Both the position numbers and the translations under genes were made by a program. Positions 63,859 to 64,000 of a DNA stretch of 64,000 nucleotides are shown one piece after another. The DNA comes from Bacteroidota bacterium (lineage in GTDB: Bacteria; Bacteroidota; Bacteroidia; Palsa-948). Position 1 is the stretch's first letter. Each line of letters opens with the position of its first letter. The notes under the pieces are model-generated. The model was not told the DNA's origin and did not search any database. It worked only from the letters and a program-made list of their open reading frames with translations. The DNA lies in the NCBI GenBank assembly GCA_016213405.1, contig JACRAM010000012.1:3948-67947 (forward strand), written 5' to 3'.

Positions 63859-63904
63859 TTTTCTTTTTTTTAACTTGTGACTTAATGACCTTTTTCTCTT
63901 ATTT

Positions 63905-64000
63905 TTAATATTGATGCGCTCCGTGAGAACCAATTAAAAAAATCCATCGCAGATACGCCAGTGCGAATTCTTTTTCGTTGCTGTTTTCCGGAAGCGCTTC
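63905..64000 (-). CDS. 3' end of an unidentified minus-strand ORF running off the window
   Basis: The reverse-complement frame is open from the window edge: EALPENSNEKEFALAYLRWIFLIGSHGAHQY*. Only 31 codons are visible, so no function can be assigned. Confidence 0.3.
   Translation of the reverse strand, partial: EALPENSNEKEFALAYLRWIFLIGSHGAHQY

Overview
AT-rich Bacteroidota-type chromosomal segment. The lineage call rests on T9SS cargo with type-A and type-B C-terminal domains, two PorP/SprF genes, a GWxTD protein and TAnnTTTG-like -7 boxes. About 45 genes are supported. They include two giant repetitive adhesins, housekeeping genes (sucA, purL, mtgA, fabD, folE, queD, rmuC, rlmB, a Znu-like ABC transporter), envelope glycosyltransferases, TPR-linked signalling proteins and a secreted caspase-like protease. 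Two things stand out. (1) An ~11.9 kb integrative island (14229-26106) sits in the 3' end of tRNA-Glu(UUC). It has 15-bp att repeats, duplicated arm motifs and an orphaned tRNA terminator. It carries an integrase, a HEPN-MNT pair, two unrecognisable ORFs behind a ~215-bp polypurine tract, an excisionase-like HTH gene, a frame-broken VirE-type primase/helicase, a field of 11-bp iterons, a strongly nested structured element, and a Type III R-M operon. The unknown ORF pair and the structured leader are the best candidates for something undescribed. (2) A dispersed family of ~35-bp arrays of degenerate heptanucleotide repeats (about 5 units each, with a different unit at each locus). Most lie inside signal-peptide coding regions, one inside a T9SS sorting domain, one as a perfect array inside an mqnB-like gene, and some upstream of genes. 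All calls come from reading the sequence and translations. No database search, RNA folding or GC computation was run.
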